Positions 9,901 through 15,900 of a stretch of DNA of 64,000 nt are shown here, in pieces. The first letter of the stretch is position 1. Each line of letters starts with the position of its first letter. The DNA comes from Heteronotia binoei. Lineage: Eukaryota. Position numbers and translations under genes: made by a program. The notes under the pieces are model-generated. The model did not search any database. It was not told the DNA's origin and saw only the letters and a program-made list of their open reading frames with translations. The DNA is taken from positions 47,616,001 to 47,680,000 of the forward strand of contig NC_083235.1 of NCBI RefSeq assembly GCF_032191835.1. Reading direction: 5' to 3'.

Positions 9901-12900
9901 GGGAGGATGTGGTTTGGAACAGTGAAGACCGTTCCTTGAGATTGGTGTTGGGGTCGAAACGCGCGGACGAACCAGATTTGTAGGGTTCGCATGCGTAGTC
10001 TTGCGTGTGTCAGAACTGCCGTCGTGGCTGCCATAAGTCCTAACATGCGCTGAATGTTGAAGGCCGGTTGTTTGGGTTGTCGCATTATTTGTGTGGCCAG
10101 CGTCTGAATGGAGGATATCCTGTCCACAGGAAGATACGCCTTGTGGTCCGTGGTGCACAAACGAGCCCCAATAAACTGAATGTCTTGAGTTGGGGTAAGG
10201 TGTGACTTTTGATGATTGACCTGGAGGCCCAGGTTTGCTAGGAGCGCAAGTGTGATGGAAATGTCCTTCATCAACTGCGTCCTTGAGGCTCCCACAAGGA
10301 GCCAATCGTCTATGTATGGGTAGGTTGCAACGCCGCGTTGTCTGAGGTATGCTGCAATAACCGCCATACATTTCGTGAATGTCCGTGGTGCCGTGGAAAG
10401 TCCGAAGGGCAGAGCTCGGAACTGGTAGTGGTTGTTGCCAACGGCGAAGCGCAGAAACTTTCTGTGGCATTGGTGTATTGTCAGGTGGAAGTATGCGTCC
10501 TGTAAATCTACCAGTGCCATCCAGGAGTTTCTGGGGATTAAGGGCAGAATCGATTGTAAAGTGATCATTCTGAATTTTCTGTGGCGGATGAATTTGTTTA
10601 GGGCTCTTAGATCCAGAATCGGGCGCTGTCCCCCATCCCTTTTCGGGACTAGAAAGTACCTGGAATAAAAACCTGTCCGATGATACTGGACTGGGACAGG
10701 CTCTATAGCCGCTTTGGCTATTAAGGTGTCTATAAGAATCATGGGATTCCCGTGCCTGTTAGCCGCCCTGAGCCCGCCTGGCGGGGAGGGCGGGATATAA
10801 AAATAAAATATTATTATTATTATTATTATTATTATTTCTTCCTGAAGGGAAGGTGATGGGGGAGTGGAAACAAAATGATGTCTTTTTGGTGGTGCTTGAA
10901 ACTCTATGGAGTAGCCCCTCCAAATAATGTTCAGAACCCATTTGTCCGTGGTTATTTGCTGCCAATTGTCGAGAAATGGAAGAAGTCTGGAGACGTGCTG
11001 AATTGGTAGAGGTAGAAAGTCAAAGAGACTGCTTTGATGAAGATGCAGCCTTTTTAGGTGGTTGTGGTCTCTGCTGTCTCTGGTTAAAGGATTGCTTTGG
11101 AGGAGGAGCCTTACGTTTCCAGTATTCAGATTGTCGAGGGGATCTGGAACGTTTGAAGGGCGTTGGTTTCCATGATCTGGGCTTATAGCTCTGTTGTTGT
11201 TGTTGCTGTTGGGCTACCCCCAATCTTTTCGCTCGTTTGCGGCTGTCGTCCACGGTGGAGAGTATATCGTCCGTTGTGGCATTAAAGAGACCTTGTCCAT
11301 CGAAGGGAAGGTCTTCTATTTTGAATTTCAGATCGGGCTGCAACGAAGAGGATCGAAGCCAAGCGTGTCGTCTTAGGGCAATTGAGGCGGCCATCGCCTT
11401 GGAAGTGCACCCCACAGAGTGACGGATGGTGTTTATCTGTTGCTTTGAAATCCTGTTGAGCTCCTGAAGCAGCTTGCAGGCTTGTTTCTGGGAGGGCTCA
11501 GGCAGGGCAGAGACGAGCGTATTCAGTTGGGAGGAGATATTGTGGGAATACGCGGCGAAGTATGCTAGGTAATTGTTGATTTTGGCAGTTGCCGTCGAGA
11601 TTGAATACATTTTCCTTCCAAGAGTATCTAACTTCCTGCCTTCCTTCTCAGGGGGTACCGGGTGGCGGGTCTGTTTAGTTTTAGAAGATGAATGCACTAT
11701 CAGAGAATTCGGTGCTGGATGGCTAAATAAAAATTTCGAATCCGGTGCTTGGATCCTATAAAGGGATTCAATGCGTTTTGAAGTTGGGGGAATGGAGGCT
11801 GGGTTGTCCCAAGCTTCTTTGATGGCTTCTAGGTGTACCGGCAGCATCGGCAGAAAGGAACCAGCAGGTAAATCTGAGTGCACCAAGTCGTGTACCACGT
11901 CTGTCACCTTGGGTGCATCCGAAGTAAGAGTTACGTTAAGTGCAGAGGCCATATTGGCAATCAAGTCCAGGTATGTCTTTGCCCCTTCGGACGGTGACAA
12001 ATCCGCGGGCTTGGCGATATCCGAGGCGGGGGACCCAGGGGACATGGACTGTATCGAGTCCGATGATTGAGCGTCGGATTCAGCATCAGAGTCAGGTTCG
12101 GGTTCAGGTGGGTCCGGTCTGGTTGGAGTCGTGCTTTTGGGTTCCACTGGAATCGCACCTCTAGGTTTAGAAGTCGAAGTGGAAGGAGTCGGAGACGGCT
12201 GTTTCGGTAGTTGCTTGCTCCGTTGGACAGGAGTCGCTTCCTTGGATGGGTTCCTGTGATAATCGGTTCGGTACCGAGAATGGTGGTATCCGCAACATGC
12301 ATGGGATTCGATGGAAGGAGACCTTGAAGCATAATGGCGTCGCCTCGGGGACATGGATGGGGACCGAGATCTCGGGTTGTAGCGATGGCGGTCCCTCCCT
12401 CTACTAGGGGATCTCTCCGGGAAACGCGTATGATGGTACCGATATCTCTCTATGCTGGGGGACCTGGCTGGGAACCGATGCGCATCGAAGTACCTGTAAG
12501 CGTCATGTTTGTACTGGATGGGATTCGACATATCGCGGAACGATCTAGGATCGATGTGGTGTCGAGTCCACTGTTGCGGGTCTCGAATCGGCTCCAGAGC
12601 AGGGTCTAGCATGGATCCTTGCGGGGAAGGGGATCGGGACGGAATAGGAATAACTTCTTCCGTCTGTTGGTGCGGCGACTCCGTAGCCGGGGTGGTCACT
12701 TCCTGGGTGTCGGATCCGGGAGTGGAGGGCTCGCATTGCGATTCGGGCTCGTTCTGTTGTTCGGAAGATTTTCTCGAGTCCCTCGGAATCTTCGGGTCCT
12801 TCGGGTCTGTCGGTTTCCGCGGAGCCTTCGGATCGGACGGTTTTCTCGAATCCTTCTGGCCCTTCGGGTCGGAATGCTTATGTTTCTTAGTGTGCTTCCC

Positions 12901-15900
12901 GCCCTTTGGTTTAGTCGCCGCGGCCGTTTGTTCTGACGTTCTCGCGCCGTCGCCGGCTTTCGCGGCATCGCCGGACTTATGCTTGCTGGGAACAATGGCC
13001 ACTGAAGCTGCCGACCGTGCGCCGTCCCCTTGGGGAGTCAGTAGGGGGGGCGACTTACTTGCTGACGAAGATTGCGACATATCAGGCTGGAGCACAGACT
13101 CCATTAAGTGGCTTCTGAGTCTAGCGGCTCTGTTTTTGCGCGCCTGTTTGCAGAATTGAAGGCAATGCGCACAGGCGTCCACTTTATGGGATTCTCCCAA
13201 ACAGAACAAGCAAAGCGAATGCCCGTCCGATGTAGGGATTTTCGCCCTACAGCGCGAGCACCTTTTGAAGGTTATTTTACTGTCCCTTCCTTCCATACGC
13301 CCGGGGGGGGGGGGTGGGGGAAGGGAGGTCTGAGGAAAAGCGGGGAAGATATTTATCTAAATTTTTTTTTTTTTTTTTTGAAGATAAGAATATGAAGAAA
13401 TAGCGAAGGATGAAATAAGAGGAAACTTGAAGAAAACGGAGGCTAGATATCTGAGGTAAGTGAGGAGCGCAACGAGGTAGGACTATCCCGGGCGGCGGTT
13501 GGAAAGAAACTGAGTGGGTTGGGCGCCTCCCTCGCGCTACAGGCATGCGCAGTGGATGCCTGCTCCCCAGAGCGAGAGGGAGTGCGCGCCAAAAATAACG
13601 CCTAGGCTAGCTTTTTAAAATCTCCGAGGTAGGGTTCGTCCTGATAGGAAAACCCATGTGTGGGACTGCACAGAGACCACGAAGAAGATCAGTTATAATT
13701 CACCACTTGGAGGCTGGCATCTCTACCTATGAGGAATCCTGAGATTTCTCTTTAGAATATCAGTTCTACTACAAATATAATTCACCTTTCTTTTCCCCAC
13801 ATACAGCATGTGAAATAACAAACAGCAATAAACTATTGTGGATTATAAGAATGTATGAAGCAGCCTTATATTCAGTCAGTCTATTTAGCTCAGCAGTCAG
13901 CAGTCTACTCTGACTAACATGGACATTTCCCAGGTCTCATGGAGAAAGACTTTAGAATGTCTTCCCCTATAATAGCTACCTGAGATACTTTAACTGCAGA
14001 AAGGGAGGCAGTTTTTTGTTTCTGGGAACTATTTTCCTTTTTTTCAAGAGCTACCAGCCACAAGATCGCAGATTAGTGGGTGAAGCCAGTCACAAAATGG
14101 CAGCTGATAGAAAAATCATGTTTCAGAGCAGCTCTGCAGTGCTAAGGTGGGGAAAACTCTCCTCTGTGAGGCAAGCACATCACCATCCCAAAAGGTTACT
14201 TTCCTTGCAGGGGAAAGTTATACAATGTTTTTGTTGGACAAGGCGGATTGCAGAATTGATAAGGGGAGGGGGAGTCAACAGCATTCTCCTTTCCCATCCA
14301 GAGCAAGGGGTGTGCGTGTGCATGAATGAAGGAGGATTAAATGTGGAAAGGAACTGGTGCTGAAATTGTCATCTTCCCATCCAGAGTAAAGGTGTGTATG
14401 TGTGTCTGTGCATGCCACTTTTTACATGAAAAAAGGAGAAAAGCTGCCACAGTACTTTTAGAGGGAAGAAAAATAAAGGAATTACAGCAGCACTAAAGAA
14501 AGGCCAGAGGGCAATTATTGCTTGGGGATTTACTGGTCACTCCTGAATGACCATCTGCCCTTGCCCTACCCCTGCTCTGAAGAAGCCAGGGATTGAACAT
14601 AGTGCCTTCTGCATGCAAAGCACAATTGACAAGTCAATGCTCCTCCTGTGTAGCTACAAAATCACCAAGGGTAATGATTGCCACTTCCTCAGAAACTCCA
14701 TAATAAAGATGGTAAATCTTTAAAATTTTGCTTCCTCTTGCAGGAAATCTGAGAGACGTCCCACCCACTGTTAACCCAGCAAGTTACCCAGGCCCAGAAA
14801 ATGATGTGACTTATGCCGAGATTGGTAAATTCCAAGAGAATTACTCAATATGTCTTTGTACAGAGAACTGTCTGCAGAAATTAGTAATATCTGGGGAATA
14901 TTTCTGATTTGCAAAAGAAAGAAGTAGAGAAATCAACAGCTCTTGCCTTACAAATTTATGCCTTCATGCAATATAGGGAGAGGGTGTAAATCACTGGAAC
15001 ATTATACAGAAGTTCTGTCAGGAAATTACATAGGTGGAAAGCCCCTCTTGCTCAGCCAAGTCAAAAGCACTATTATTAATATTACAGAAAGCTAGAAGGA
15101 AACATTTTGTCTTAGGCACAGGGAACAGATGGTATTTGGAGAAGTGAATTATACATGCATCAGATACATAGTTTCTACCACAAGCTAAGTAAGAAAGCAA
15201 TGGATTAATATCTAGTGCAGCAATAAGGTCAGTGCAAGGACACACATATTGTGATTGTCAGCTCCCCCTACTGTGGTAGCCTAATATGCCCTCCCCTCTT
15301 GCTCCTTAGGAAGAGGTGACCCCCCTGGAAGATTTGGGGTGGGGGTCTTTTGGACTATCACAACAGGAGGGACCTGAGAAAGTAATGCCCCATGCATGTG
15401 AGTCCTTGCACTTGTGGAAACACTGTGCTGGATCCAACTCAATGTATGGGAGGTACTAGCACTCTTGGTATAATTATAGTCAAGGAGACTCTACAGGGTT
15501 TACAATAAAAACATATAGAATTCATATCAGTCTAACGGTGGTTCCCCAGACATTAGGGATTTCAAAACAATCTCTGCAGCAATTAACATTGAATCGGGAC
15601 ACTTAACAGTTTGATAGGCCATAGCAAGGAACTTGAGCAGAATGTAGATCACTTTCTAAGTATTCTGCCAGTAGCAATCAAAGGCAGTGCTAGAAAACTG
15701 GCTAAGACGACAAGATAAATAACAGGCTTATCAGAAAGGAGGGGAAAATTACAGTATGAAGATTTTTACATTATGATTCTTGTTTTTTTTACAGTATGAA
15801 GCTCAAGAACTGTAGAGGTCAGCGTTCTAGTTAGATCTGTAGCCCACCCTGTCTAAAGACTCAGGGTGGGCACCTTATGAGGCATGGCTATAGCAACACA

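Larger units (their letters stand above)
7494..13689 (-). mobile_element. Full-length DIRS1-type tyrosine-recombinase retrotransposon (~6.2 kb) in MILR1 intron 5, antisense to host
   Basis: Inverted terminal repeats, ICR, gag-like ORF, RT/RNaseH/MT ORF and overlapping YR ORF are all present. Both ends share GAAGAT with the target. Confidence 0.96.

Noticed and set aside
9018-10742. Track start of pol at 10742
   Set aside because: That ATG lies inside the L2 insertion; conserved pol sequence continues upstream to ~11000.
10759-10965. ORFs ending NNNN...FLYPALPA (also 27973-28182 and 51419-51619)
   Set aside because: Antisense translation of the LINE2 (TTA)n tail, not a gene family.
11194-13395. 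Plus-strand ORFs opposite DIRS gag (e.g. 12509-13159, 216 aa; 11771-12070)
   Set aside because: Antisense shadows of GC-rich, repetitive gag codons; no recognisable motifs.
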